Positions 24,008-31,766 of a DNA stretch of 37,536 nucleotides are shown piece after piece. Origin of the DNA: a virus. A model generated the notes under the pieces. That model was not told the origin of the DNA. It did not search any database and was given only the letters and a program-made list of their open reading frames with translations. The position numbers and the translations under genes are program-made. The stretch is taken from positions 1 through 37,536 of the IMG/VR virus record IMGVR_UViG_3300045988_062118, one strand, 5' to 3'. Numbering within the stretch: the stretch's first letter is position 1; each line of letters opens with the position of its first letter.

Positions 24008-24253
24008 TTGAAAGGGATGATTTCTTTGGAATATATAAACGTACAGATGATGGATTTAAAATCTACCAAGATTAAAGAAACCGTGACCAGTAACGAAGAT
24101 GGCTCTTACACTATCTTCCTCAATTCACGATTCACTCAGGAACAACTCAATGACGCTTATATCCACGCTATCGGACACATAGACAGGGACGACTTCAACA
24201 AAGGCTCTGCCGATGTTATTGAGGCTTATGCGCATGGGCTAACTGAATTGTAA
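24008..24253 (+). CDS. ImmA/IrrE-like small protein with a degenerate metal motif (HAIGH instead of HExxH)
   Basis: YTIFLNSRFTQEQLNDAYIHAIGHIDRDDF resembles the short ImmA-like family found next to XRE repressors. The start is uncertain: TTG at 24008, or ATG at 24017 or 24047, all with poor RBSs. Confidence 0.45.
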   Translation: MKGMISLEYINVQMMDLKSTKIKETVTSNEDGSYTIFLNSRFTQEQLNDAYIHAIGHIDRDDFNKGSADVIEAYAHGLTEL

Positions 24254-24333
24254 ATTGGTAAAAACGCATTATCAAGGTCGTGGAACTAAGGGCCAAATTT
24301 TAATAACACCATATATTATGGATAGGATTTTAT

Positions 24334-24555
24334 ATGAGAAAATTTATATTTGAGCATTTGATAACCAATGGTGAGGAAAAATTATTTGATACCGAGGAAT
24401 CTTCTATTGAATATGCGATGATCAAACACTCTAATGAACCTGGAGATATGGTGGTTGTAGAGGTAGACATCACCGAAAAGCAATTACGCGACTACCTTAA
24501 TGAACACATTGAAATTCCCTGCACCGCATGGCGCAGGGATGTTTGGAAGTCTTAA
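24334..24555 (+). CDS. Hypothetical protein (73 aa)
   Basis: ORF with an AGGA RBS on the lysogeny strand. Confidence 0.5.
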   Translation: MRKFIFEHLITNGEEKLFDTEESSIEYAMIKHSNEPGDMVVVEVDITEKQLRDYLNEHIEIPCTAWRRDVWKS

Positions 24556-24635
24556 TCTACTTGTTAACATTGTTATCGCCATGGTGAATGGCTATGATGC
24601 TACTTGTAAACGTCTTATCAAGTATGCTACAAGTA

Positions 24636-24664
24636 TTGCTCTCGTCTCACTGAATAGTTAATAT
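24636..24664 (+). promoter_or_regulatory. Candidate promoter of the accessory operon (TTGCTC-17-TAATAT)
   Basis: Hexamers at 24636-24641 and 24659-24664 with a 17-nt spacer. Confidence 0.35.
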
Positions 24665-24776
24665 GAGCCTATGATGTTCACTATTAAGGAAGTAGACACT
24701 AAGACAGTGAGGATAATAGGTAAAGTTGTTGAATTGAGAGGTAAGTTTTAAACTACACATAAGGGGAGGAATTACA

Positions 24777-25298
24777 ATGTCACTATTTGGACCATCAAAA
24801 AAGGAACTACTTGAATGGCAAACATTTGTTACTGGGAAACCATCAAGCAAACTACTAATGAATAAAGCTCAATTAAAAACGGCAACTCAACAGATTGCTC
24901 AAGACAGCCTAAGAATATCTAACGATTGTGTCAGAATTATCTCTGAAACAATTAAGCCTGATGTATTTTTCTCAAGAATGGACTTGCTATATCATCATAC
25001 ATACAAGTTATCTGTTTGTGAGAAATATATAAAATTCTCAGGTGCATTACCATCACAGGCGTTGGCACAATTTGGACAAGATCATTTTAATGCTGTACAA
25101 GCTTTTATTAACAGATATACCCAAGCCACATACAGCAAAGCTGACACACTAAAGACAACCAAAGGGAAATTGAATCAAGCAGTAAAATTCTATGATTCAC
25201 TTGTCCCTTATTTCAATAATATAGAGCCTCAAAATATACAGATGATTGAAAACATAAAACAATCCATGCTTGCTAATTTTGGAGATCAAAAAAATTAA
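24777..25298 (+). CDS. Hypothetical protein (173 aa), first gene of the accessory operon
   Basis: Strong RBS AAGGGGAGG. Looks helical from its composition. No recognisable motif. Confidence 0.65.
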   Translation: MSLFGPSKKELLEWQTFVTGKPSSKLLMNKAQLKTATQQIAQDSLRISNDCVRIISETIKPDVFFSRMDLLYHHTYKLSVCEKYIKFSGALPSQALAQFGQDHFNAVQAFINRYTQATYSKADTLKTTKGKLNQAVKFYDSLVPYFNNIEPQNIQMIENIKQSMLANFGDQKN

Positions 25299-25351
25299 AT
25301 TCTTATGCACATGGGTTGCAAAAATAATTAACAAATGAAGGGAGAGATTCA

Positions 25352-26920
25352 ATGAATCAAAAACAAGAAAACAAATGGTATTTAAGTACATGGTTCATTG
25401 CAATTTTATGCGCATGCTGGTTTCTTATACTTCCGGCAATCGGTGGCATAGTATTGATGATAATGAAGACCATGGACGAAAAGAAACAAAAGGAAGCCAA
25501 TCAACAAATTATTCAACAGAATGCCCAACTTGTGGCTCAGAATGTTCAGATGAATCAAGCAATGCAAGACATGAATAAGACTATGCAAGATTTAGGGGTG
25601 CATGACCATCAGCAGTCAATGGCTAAGCTTAATCAGGTGAATGCCGAAATATCCGAAAACCTTGCCACTATAGATAAATTGCGTTCAGACATTGCTACAC
25701 TTCAGGCAAAAGATGATAAACTGCAAAAATCAGTAGCGACCCAGGAACGAAAGATCTCTCGTGCTAAGGAGATCTACAGCAGTATTGAATATGCATTAGA
25801 TAACTTCATCACTGCTGACATTCCATATAACGAATGCCGAATTAGCCAATCAGATATTGAGGATGCTAATCTCATTGCCCCATCTGTTATCCTTAAATTA
25901 CATTGTATGGATATAAAAAGCTTGCGAAAAGCATACAGAGAAAACGAGAAATCAATTGACACTCTCAGACAGCAATATGCTATCAGATACACTACTAAAG
26001 CAAACAAAACGATTTACGACCTCATTGTCAAGGGGCTGGAATCTGAGATGCAGAACGTCTTGTACAATTTAAAATATGACAAACTTGACAACGGTATTGA
26101 ACAAATAAAAGATATCTGTGCTAAGTATCTAAAGATTGCAGCTGAAGGTAATCAAACAATTGCCGGAACTCTTACTAAGTTCATAGGTGAAATGGAATAT
26201 CTTTTCATCAATGCCGCAAAGATAGAGTATAACTACTACGTCAAGAAAGAACAGGCAAAGCAAGAACAGCTTGCAATCAAAGAGCAGATGCGTCAGGAAG
26301 CAGAGGAGCGCAAGGCCCTTGAGGCCGAACGTAAAAAAGTGGAGCTTGAAGAGTCAAAATATGAGAATCAGATATCTTCCCTCAAAGAACAGGCGGAAGC
26401 TTCAGAGGGTGAAGCCCTTGCTGCTCTGCAAGCTCGTATCCTTGAACTGCAGGCTCAGCTTGCAGATGTAACAATCAAAAAGGATGAAATAGCAAAGTTG
26501 CAAAATGGTAAGGCTGGTAATGTTTATATTATCAGTAACTTGGGTTCATTTGGTGAGAATGTATTCAAAGTCGGAATGACAAGAAGAATAAATCCACAGG
26601 ATAGAGTTAATGAACTTGGAGATGCTTCTGTTCCGTTCAAATTTGATGTACACAGCTTTATTTTCTCTGATGACGCTTCTGGTCTTGAAACCGAACTTCA
26701 CAAGAGACTTAATGATCGCCGAGTAAACAAGGTAAATCTTAGAAAAGAGTTCTTTAATGTATCAATAGATGAACTTGAAGAACTTGTAAATGAGATCTGC
26801 CCTACTGCAGAGTTCAACAGAACAATGCTTGCTGAAGAATACAGACAGTCGCTGTCAAGTTCTGAAGCATATACCTCTGAATATTCAACAGAGGATGAGA
26901 CAGATGATGAGGATGAATAA
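25352..26920 (+). CDS. Membrane-anchored DUF4041 + T5orf172 (MUG113, GIY-YIG-like) domain protein
   Basis: 522 aa. N-terminal hydrophobic segment (WYLSTWFIAILCACWFLILPAIGGIVLMIM), coiled-coil stretches, and a C-terminal block (GNVYIISN..FKVGMTRR..LETELHKRL..KEFF) matching T5orf172. Acidic tail. Confidence 0.75.
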   Translation: MNQKQENKWYLSTWFIAILCACWFLILPAIGGIVLMIMKTMDEKKQKEANQQIIQQNAQLVAQNVQMNQAMQDMNKTMQDLGVHDHQQSMAKLNQVNAEISENLATIDKLRSDIATLQAKDDKLQKSVATQERKISRAKEIYSSIEYALDNFITADIPYNECRISQSDIEDANLIAPSVILKLHCMDIKSLRKAYRENEKSIDTLRQQYAIRYTTKANKTIYDLIVKGLESEMQNVLYNLKYDKLDNGIEQIKDICAKYLKIAAEGNQTIAGTLTKFIGEMEYLFINAAKIEYNYYVKKEQAKQEQLAIKEQMRQEAEERKALEAERKKVELEESKYENQISSLKEQAEASEGEALAALQARILELQAQLADVTIKKDEIAKLQNGKAGNVYIISNLGSFGENVFKVGMTRRINPQDRVNELGDASVPFKFDVHSFIFSDDASGLETELHKRLNDRRVNKVNLRKEFFNVSIDELEELVNEICPTAEFNRTMLAEEYRQSLSSSEAYTSEYSTEDETDDEDE

Positions 26921-26946
26921 TATCATCTTCACATTATAAAAAAAAT

Positions 26947-26972
26947 CCCCCAGGTGCGGGTACACCTGAGGG
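26947..26972 (+). terminator. GC-rich hairpin after the accessory operon (possible terminator)
   Basis: CCCCCAGGTG-CGGGTA-CACCTGAGGG. An A-run lies upstream and there is no clear T-run downstream on the plus strand. Confidence 0.35.
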
Positions 26973-26988
26973 AAGTTACCCACAAACC

Positions 26989-27039
26989 GAAGGCTTATGA
27001 ATAACAGTGATCGCAAACTATATTATACCATAAGCCTTC
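26989..27039. repeat. Perfect 11-bp inverted repeat (GAAGGCTTATG / CATAAGCCTTC) with a 29-nt spacer upstream of int
   Basis: Read directly from the sequence. Confidence 0.85.
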
Positions 27040-27092
27040 CACTTTTGATAGGCTTATTTTTTATGCCTATTTTTAGATAGGATGGTGATTTT

Positions 27093-28232
27093 ATGTGGTG
27101 TGAAACACAGAAGAATGGAACAGTCAAGTATTGTGAGAGGTACACAGATCCGCTCACAGAGAAGGTGAAGAAGGTCACTGTGACGATGTCTAAGGCATCA
27201 CCGCAGAACAGAAACAAGGCGGCAAGGATCCTTGCTGGGAAGATTGAGAAAGCCGAAACTTCCTCTCCTGTCCGATCAGATACAACGCTAGGGGAGCTGG
27301 CTGATGCTTATATAGCATCATTGCGGCAGTGCAAGAGGAAAGAAAGTACAATTGTTACTGAGAAATCATATATATATCGTTGTGTAAGCACAATCGGTAA
27401 TGATGTCCTCGTTGACAAACTTTCTCCCCGCTATATATATGATCAACTTCTTGCTACCGGTAAAAAAATCAGCACAATAAACGGATATATAAAATATCTG
27501 AAATTCGCTCTAAAATGGGGGGTGAAAAACGACTATCACTCAAATCATGATATACTATTAAAACTCGACTATATCAGCGAAGAGAGCTCCGACGAAATAC
27601 CAGAGGTATATGACATCAGCAATGAATATCTTGAACATGATGAGATAACAAAATTACTTAATTACTTAATAGATAATAACCACTGGCAGGACTACTATAT
27701 ATCCTATTTTCTGATTCTTACAGGCATGAGGATTGGGGAGCTTGTGGCACTTGAAGATTCAGATGTGGATATTACATCTAAAACTATTCGTGTTACCAAG
27801 ACTTACTACCCTGCAACCAAATACGCAACGTCAGCCAAAACGAGTGACTCAATCAGAAATCTTCATATACAACCTGAGCTTCTCTTGCTTATAAAGAAAC
27901 TCCGACTTTGGCGAAAAGAAGCAATGTTTGAAAATGGAATTAAAAGTACACTTTTCATGCCGCACCTCAAGACTGGCAGCTATCTGTCCTACGGAACATA
28001 TAACATACATCTTAAGATAGCATCTTTCGAGGCTATTGGCAGAGAGATAACTCCGCACAAGCTGCGGCACACACACGCATCGATTCTGGCAGAAACTATG
28101 TCAGCAGAACAGATATCCCGCCGATTGGGACATCACGATGACAAAATAACAAAAGCAATATATATTCATATCACAAAAAAAATGAAGCAAAAAGACAATG
28201 CGGCTGTCGACACAATATCAATTATCAACTAA
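27093..28232 (+). CDS. int: Tyrosine integrase
   Basis: TGMRIGEL (Arg), HKLRHTHAS (HxxR) and LGHHDDKITKAIYIH (His/Tyr). The N-terminus (MWCETQKNGTVKYCERYTDP) is typical of Firmicutes phage integrase arm-binding domains. Confidence 0.9.
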   Translation: MWCETQKNGTVKYCERYTDPLTEKVKKVTVTMSKASPQNRNKAARILAGKIEKAETSSPVRSDTTLGELADAYIASLRQCKRKESTIVTEKSYIYRCVSTIGNDVLVDKLSPRYIYDQLLATGKKISTINGYIKYLKFALKWGVKNDYHSNHDILLKLDYISEESSDEIPEVYDISNEYLEHDEITKLLNYLIDNNHWQDYYISYFLILTGMRIGELVALEDSDVDITSKTIRVTKTYYPATKYATSAKTSDSIRNLHIQPELLLLIKKLRLWRKEAMFENGIKSTLFMPHLKTGSYLSYGTYNIHLKIASFEAIGREITPHKLRHTHASILAETMSAEQISRRLGHHDDKITKAIYIHITKKMKQKDNAAVDTISIIN

Positions 28233-28236
28233 AAAA

Positions 28237-28294
28237 ATGACCACTCAGTTTTCACACTGAATGCACACTGAATGGTCATCTTTTATTTTTTTTT
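28237..28294 (+). terminator. Intrinsic terminator after int
   Basis: ATGACCACTCAGT ... ACTGAATGGTCAT (13-bp stem, one mismatch) followed by a T-rich run. Confidence 0.65.
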
Positions 28295-28314
28295 GCCCCT
28301 AAATTGCCCCTAAA
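28289..28314. repeat. 26-bp direct repeat copy 1 (TTTTTTGCCCCTAAATTGCCCCTAAA, contains 2x TTGCCCCTAAA)
   Basis: Exact match to 28498-28523. Confidence 0.95.
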
Positions 28315-28497
28315 GGCTCTCTCACAATTGTCGTACACAGCATAAACCCTTGATTCTTCTAGCTATTCATACATTATAAAATTATACATATTGTTTATTT
28401 TATAATTAATATATTGATATGTCAAAATATCTCAAAATGGCTTAAATACGTTACTTTTTGAAGATACTTCGTGTAATAACATATCATGACAAATCAA

Positions 28498-28523
28498 TTT
28501 TTTGCCCCTAAATTGCCCCTAAA
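28498..28523. repeat. 26-bp direct repeat copy 2
   Basis: Exact match to 28289-28314, 209 bp downstream. Confidence 0.95.
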
Positions 28524-28549
28524 AAATACCACCCTAATCCGGGTGGTAT
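28520..28549 (-). terminator. Intrinsic terminator of the moron operon
   Basis: Minus strand: ATACCACCC-GGATTA-GGGTGGTAT followed by TTTTTT. The stop codon of the HTH gene lies in the loop. Confidence 0.7.
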
Positions 28550-28734
28550 TCTATAATCTTCTCAACAGGTAAACCTGTCAATTTGCAGATTGTATTAATA
28601 GTGTTTAAAGTTACTGATTTCCCCTCCCTTATATTCTGAAGAGTATGTTCAGACAGTATTTTTTCCCGCCGGATCCTTGTCGTATTATATCCAGCTTTAG
28701 CCAGCTTATCGATTACATCTAAATAAATAATCAT
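28534..28734 (-). CDS. Small Cro/C1-type (HTH_26-like) DNA-binding protein
   Basis: 66 aa. KILSEHTLQNIREGKSVTLNTINTICKLTGLPVEKIIEY matches the short HTH_26 pattern. TAATG overlap with the upstream ORF. Confidence 0.7.
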   Translation of the reverse strand: MIIYLDVIDKLAKAGYNTTRIRREKILSEHTLQNIREGKSVTLNTINTICKLTGLPVEKIIEYHPD

Positions 28735-28985
28735 TATATCATATCCTGCGACTCGTATATTTTTCTAATATACTCTTTTTCATCTTCCTCAATCTGCGCA
28801 TTTGCCTCGTTCTCACAGTCAAAACCACCACATATAGCGTCGACCATTTCATCAACTTCTTTTTCTGTAATCTCCTGTTCCTCATCTTCTGGAGATCTGC
28901 CAGCATCAATATCATCTAAAGCTTTTGCATAATCATAACCTCTAGCGGCAACCATCTCAGCAATCTGTACATTTGATATTATCAT
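28734..28985 (-). CDS. Highly acidic hypothetical protein (83 aa)
   Basis: The ORF follows an operator-controlled promoter. Very rich in D/E. No recognisable motif. Confidence 0.6.
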   Translation of the reverse strand: MIISNVQIAEMVAARGYDYAKALDDIDAGRSPEDEEQEITEKEVDEMVDAICGGFDCENEANAQIEEDEKEYIRKIYESQDMI

Positions 28986-29035
28986 TTCCCTCTACCTTGT
29001 CACATTTATGTGATCCCTTTCTTTAATATGTTTAT

Positions 29036-29064
29036 ATATTACACCTTTTATGGTGTAATGTCAA
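29036..29064 (-). promoter_or_regulatory. Consensus-like promoter of the moron operon (TTGACA-17-TAATAT)
   Basis: Minus strand: TTGACA at 29064-29059 and TAATAT at 29041-29036. The spacer is occupied by an operator palindrome. Confidence 0.7.
29040..29057. promoter_or_regulatory. Operator palindrome copy A (TACACC-N6-GGTGTA)
   Basis: tacaccttttatggtgta, between the -35 and -10. Confidence 0.7.
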
Positions 29065-29070
29065 CAGTTT

Positions 29071-29088
29071 TACACCTTTTATGGTGTA
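29071..29088. promoter_or_regulatory. Operator palindrome copy B (TACACC-N6-GGTGTA)
   Basis: Identical 18-mer, 31 bp from copy A, just upstream of the -35. Confidence 0.7.
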
Positions 29089-29111
29089 TTATTTATTTCA
29101 TATTCGTACAT

Positions 29112-29143
29112 AAAAAATACCCCCACCACAAATGTGATGGGGG
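29112..29143 (-). terminator. Intrinsic terminator after the endolysin gene (end of the late operon)
   Basis: Minus strand: CCCCCATCAC-ATTT-GTGGTGGGGG followed by TATTTTTTAT. Confidence 0.65.
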
Positions 29144-29167
29144 AGTCCTTCCTGTATGTTGTCTTAT

Positions 29168-30085
29168 TTATAATATTTCATTCACTCTCTTCTGGACCTT
29201 ATCAGGATCATACCCCGCTGCCTTAAGCCTATTGATACGCTCCTGTCCATTGCCCCACTTGCCTATAATGACTTCATGAGCAACTGCATTGATGATCTTG
29301 TCCTCTGACATCTGTGAAGCCTTGACGAGCTTGTTGACTGCTGCCTGTACCTTATTGTAATCATATCCAGCCTTTGTGAGTCTATTCTTACGATCAGTAC
29401 CGTTGCCCCACTTGCCCGCCAGCACCTCTTTAGCCAGCGTGTTGACGCTCTTCTTTGCTGTCGTAGATGTAGGCTTGATCTTAGCCTTGCCTGCCAGCTT
29501 ATTCCAGCTCGCAGCGCTGATATATGCCTTGTTGAGGTCAAGGTTACCGTTGTAACCTGAGAGTTTGCCAACGGATGTATACTGCCTGATCAAGCAATTA
29601 TACTTTCCCTCGTTCCACGGATGCTCCTGGTAGCCTGTCTCAACATAATCTGGGTACTGAGCGACCCACAGACCAAAACCAGTTTTCTTCACTGCATCCA
29701 TAGCGCTCTTCTGGATGTATATCAGTGGCTTAATGCCTGTCTTTTTCTGCACATAACTGCACCACTGCAAGCACCATTCCAGATCCTTGACACCAAACAG
29801 ATGGTTGTTCTTGGCTTCCCAATCCAGAATAAGTACCGCCTTGCCGATATACTTCTTTACATACGCAAGGAAGTGGTCAGCCTCTTTCTGTGGATCTCCG
29901 CCATTTGAATAGTGGTATACTCCCAGAAGTTTTTTTCTACTCAAAACTTTATCGCAATGCGCTGCAAAGTATCTGTTCTTGTAGTCTGTTCCTTCTGTCG
30001 CTTTCACGATACAGAAGTCGTATGGCACTTTGGCAAGGTCTATATTTTTATCCCCCTGCCATGCACTGATGTCTATTCCATTCAT
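29168..30085 (-). CDS. Endolysin: GH25 muramidase + two Cpl-7 (CW_7) cell-wall-binding repeats
   Basis: The N-terminus (GIDISAWQG...) fits GH25. Two C-terminal repeats fit CW_7 (GKWGNGTDRKNRLTKAGYDYNKVQAAVN and GKWGNGQERINRLKAAGYDPDKVQKRVN). Confidence 0.9.
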   Translation of the reverse strand: MNGIDISAWQGDKNIDLAKVPYDFCIVKATEGTDYKNRYFAAHCDKVLSRKKLLGVYHYSNGGDPQKEADHFLAYVKKYIGKAVLILDWEAKNNHLFGVKDLEWCLQWCSYVQKKTGIKPLIYIQKSAMDAVKKTGFGLWVAQYPDYVETGYQEHPWNEGKYNCLIRQYTSVGKLSGYNGNLDLNKAYISAASWNKLAGKAKIKPTSTTAKKSVNTLAKEVLAGKWGNGTDRKNRLTKAGYDYNKVQAAVNKLVKASQMSEDKIINAVAHEVIIGKWGNGQERINRLKAAGYDPDKVQKRVNEIL

Positions 30086-30411
30086 TTCCCGTCACGCTCC
30101 TTCTCTATGTCTCCACCTCTGTAAAATCGTTTAAATATTTCGATCAGGTAGTCCCATCCTCTGGTGCATATGAATGCGATAATAAAAGCACCAAAGAACA
30201 CAGCTACAGGGTAATACCATAGTAGCCGAATATCGAAATATGATAATGCTACAAACAAGCATATCTCACATATGATGAGACTTGTTATAAGCACCTGAAA
30301 AGAGGTTGGAATCTTCTTCAGTATTCCAACCTCTTTTGTAAATTCCGTTATTACCGATATCAAAGTGCAAAGAACTGCAACAACTAATAATAATATTGCT
30401 AACTTATCCAT
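30082..30411 (-). CDS. Holin-like membrane protein (3 TM segments)
   Basis: 109 aa with three hydrophobic segments and a charged C-terminus. 4-nt overlap with the endolysin gene. Confidence 0.7.
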   Translation of the reverse strand: MDKLAILLLVVAVLCTLISVITEFTKEVGILKKIPTSFQVLITSLIICEICLFVALSYFDIRLLWYYPVAVFFGAFIIAFICTRGWDYLIEIFKRFYRGGDIEKERDGK

Positions 30412-30426
30412 GATTATATCTCCTTC

Positions 30427-30702
30427 CTATTCCTGATCATGTGCCGCTTTGTTCAGATGTTTTTCCATCTTGTCAATAGCCTCTGTGACTGGTCCATTAC
30501 ATCCAAGCTCCTTTAGACCTTTAAGACACGCAAGTGTACCATATGTAAGTATGCACTGCTCCTCTTTCATCTTCTTGATCTCTATGTCCTGTTCATTCTG
30601 CCTGGAATACCATTTATATATTGATATGAGTATCCCTCCTATCAGTGCAAGAGCTCCAAGTACCTTCCCAACCTGAATTATTGTTTCAAAATTTATATAC
30701 AT
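30427..30702 (-). CDS. BhlA/UviB-like holin-family protein
   Basis: I prefer the start at 30702 (MYINFETIIQVGKVLGALALIGGILISIY...), preceded by AGGGGG. One N-terminal TM segment plus a charged helix. Confidence 0.6.
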   Translation of the reverse strand: MYINFETIIQVGKVLGALALIGGILISIYKWYSRQNEQDIEIKKMKEEQCILTYGTLACLKGLKELGCNGPVTEAIDKMEKHLNKAAHDQE

Positions 30703-30712
30703 GCTCAACCCC

Positions 30713-31750
30713 CTATATAAGATTCTTAGGTCTTGCAACTCCTACTACAACTAAGCTTATATTTGAATCTGCTTTGTTTGTATTTTTTGCTTTTACAGTT
30801 ATCGAATATGTAGTCTGATTTATTGAAGAAGCTTCATATCCCATGTATGTGACACCACTAGGGATATTTTTAGGAATAACTAATATTCTACCCGTATTCA
30901 TTGGAAGCTCTACATCAACGGCATATTGAAGTGTCGTTCCTGCGTCAGTTCCTGGTATAGTCGCTGTTGCGCCTACTATATCAGATATAACAAGGCTTTT
31001 TGTTGCAATTTTTTCCGCATAGCTTTGCGCATTAGCAGCATCTGTTTTTGCACTGTCTGCCGTGTTCTGTGCATTATCCGCTTTCGACAATGCAGTGTCT
31101 GCTGTTTTCTGCGCTTCCTCAGCCCTACCTATAGCTTCCTCAGCCATTGATGCTGCGTCATTTGCAGTAGACTGTGTCTTTTCGGTAGCCTCTGCCGCTG
31201 TTTTTTCGGTTTTCGATATCGCCTGGTAGATATTCTTTGTCGTTAAATCTGACTCCTCTTTTGTATATTTATTACTAAGTGGGGGGAAAGTTGATGCAAT
31301 CGCAACTGGCCCACTCACATTTATTCCATCGTGTATAATTTTGTAAAGCGGCATGTCGGCGACACTTACATTATTGGCTATTATGCCAGTTTCATACACA
31401 GGTGATTGTGGCTCCTGTGAGGATTCTACAGGCTGCCCTGTCAAGATCAGCAATGACATATCCTCAAGTCCTTCCTCTGACAGCGTGTATCTTGCAACAA
31501 GAATATCAACTCGCTTTTTACCTGTTTCTCCACTAGGGAAAGTAAGATCTTCATATGTACCTGTAACCCTAGCATGGCACCCCTGAAACATAATGTCACA
31601 CGGATATACTCTAAGTGTCGTTGAATTAACCAGCACTGGTGGCTGGGAGACCGACAAAAATCCATCGCCATCCCATTCTGCTCTGTGCAAGGCTCTATCA
31701 TCTGCACTCGTTACATGTGGTTTCCCTGTTTTTCCTGTTATTATCTTCAT
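30713..31750 (-). CDS. Tail fibre / receptor-binding candidate with a central coiled coil
   Basis: I prefer the start at 31750 (MKIITGKTGKPHVTS...), after GGAAAGGGTGG. Contains A/E/K/T-rich heptad-like repeats. Last structural gene before the lysis genes. Confidence 0.55.
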   Translation of the reverse strand: MKIITGKTGKPHVTSADDRALHRAEWDGDGFLSVSQPPVLVNSTTLRVYPCDIMFQGCHARVTGTYEDLTFPSGETGKKRVDILVARYTLSEEGLEDMSLLILTGQPVESSQEPQSPVYETGIIANNVSVADMPLYKIIHDGINVSGPVAIASTFPPLSNKYTKEESDLTTKNIYQAISKTEKTAAEATEKTQSTANDAASMAEEAIGRAEEAQKTADTALSKADNAQNTADSAKTDAANAQSYAEKIATKSLVISDIVGATATIPGTDAGTTLQYAVDVELPMNTGRILVIPKNIPSGVTYMGYEASSINQTTYSITVKAKNTNKADSNISLVVVGVARPKNLI

Positions 31751-31766
31751 ATTTCCACCCTTTCCG

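Noticed and set aside
24671-24748. 25-codon mini-ORF (MMFTIKEVDTKTVRIIGKVVELRGKF) in the leader of the accessory operon
   Set aside because: It has only a weak GAG upstream and is too short to support from sequence alone. It may be a leader peptide, so I kept it as a note only.
26947-26972. Calling this hairpin a confident rho-independent terminator
   Set aside because: The stem is good, but there is no U-tract on the plus strand and the T-run is on the opposite strand. I kept it at low confidence only.
27023-27217. Minus-strand 64-aa ORF overlapping the integrase start
   Set aside because: It has no RBS and is antisense to the well-supported int gene and its leader.
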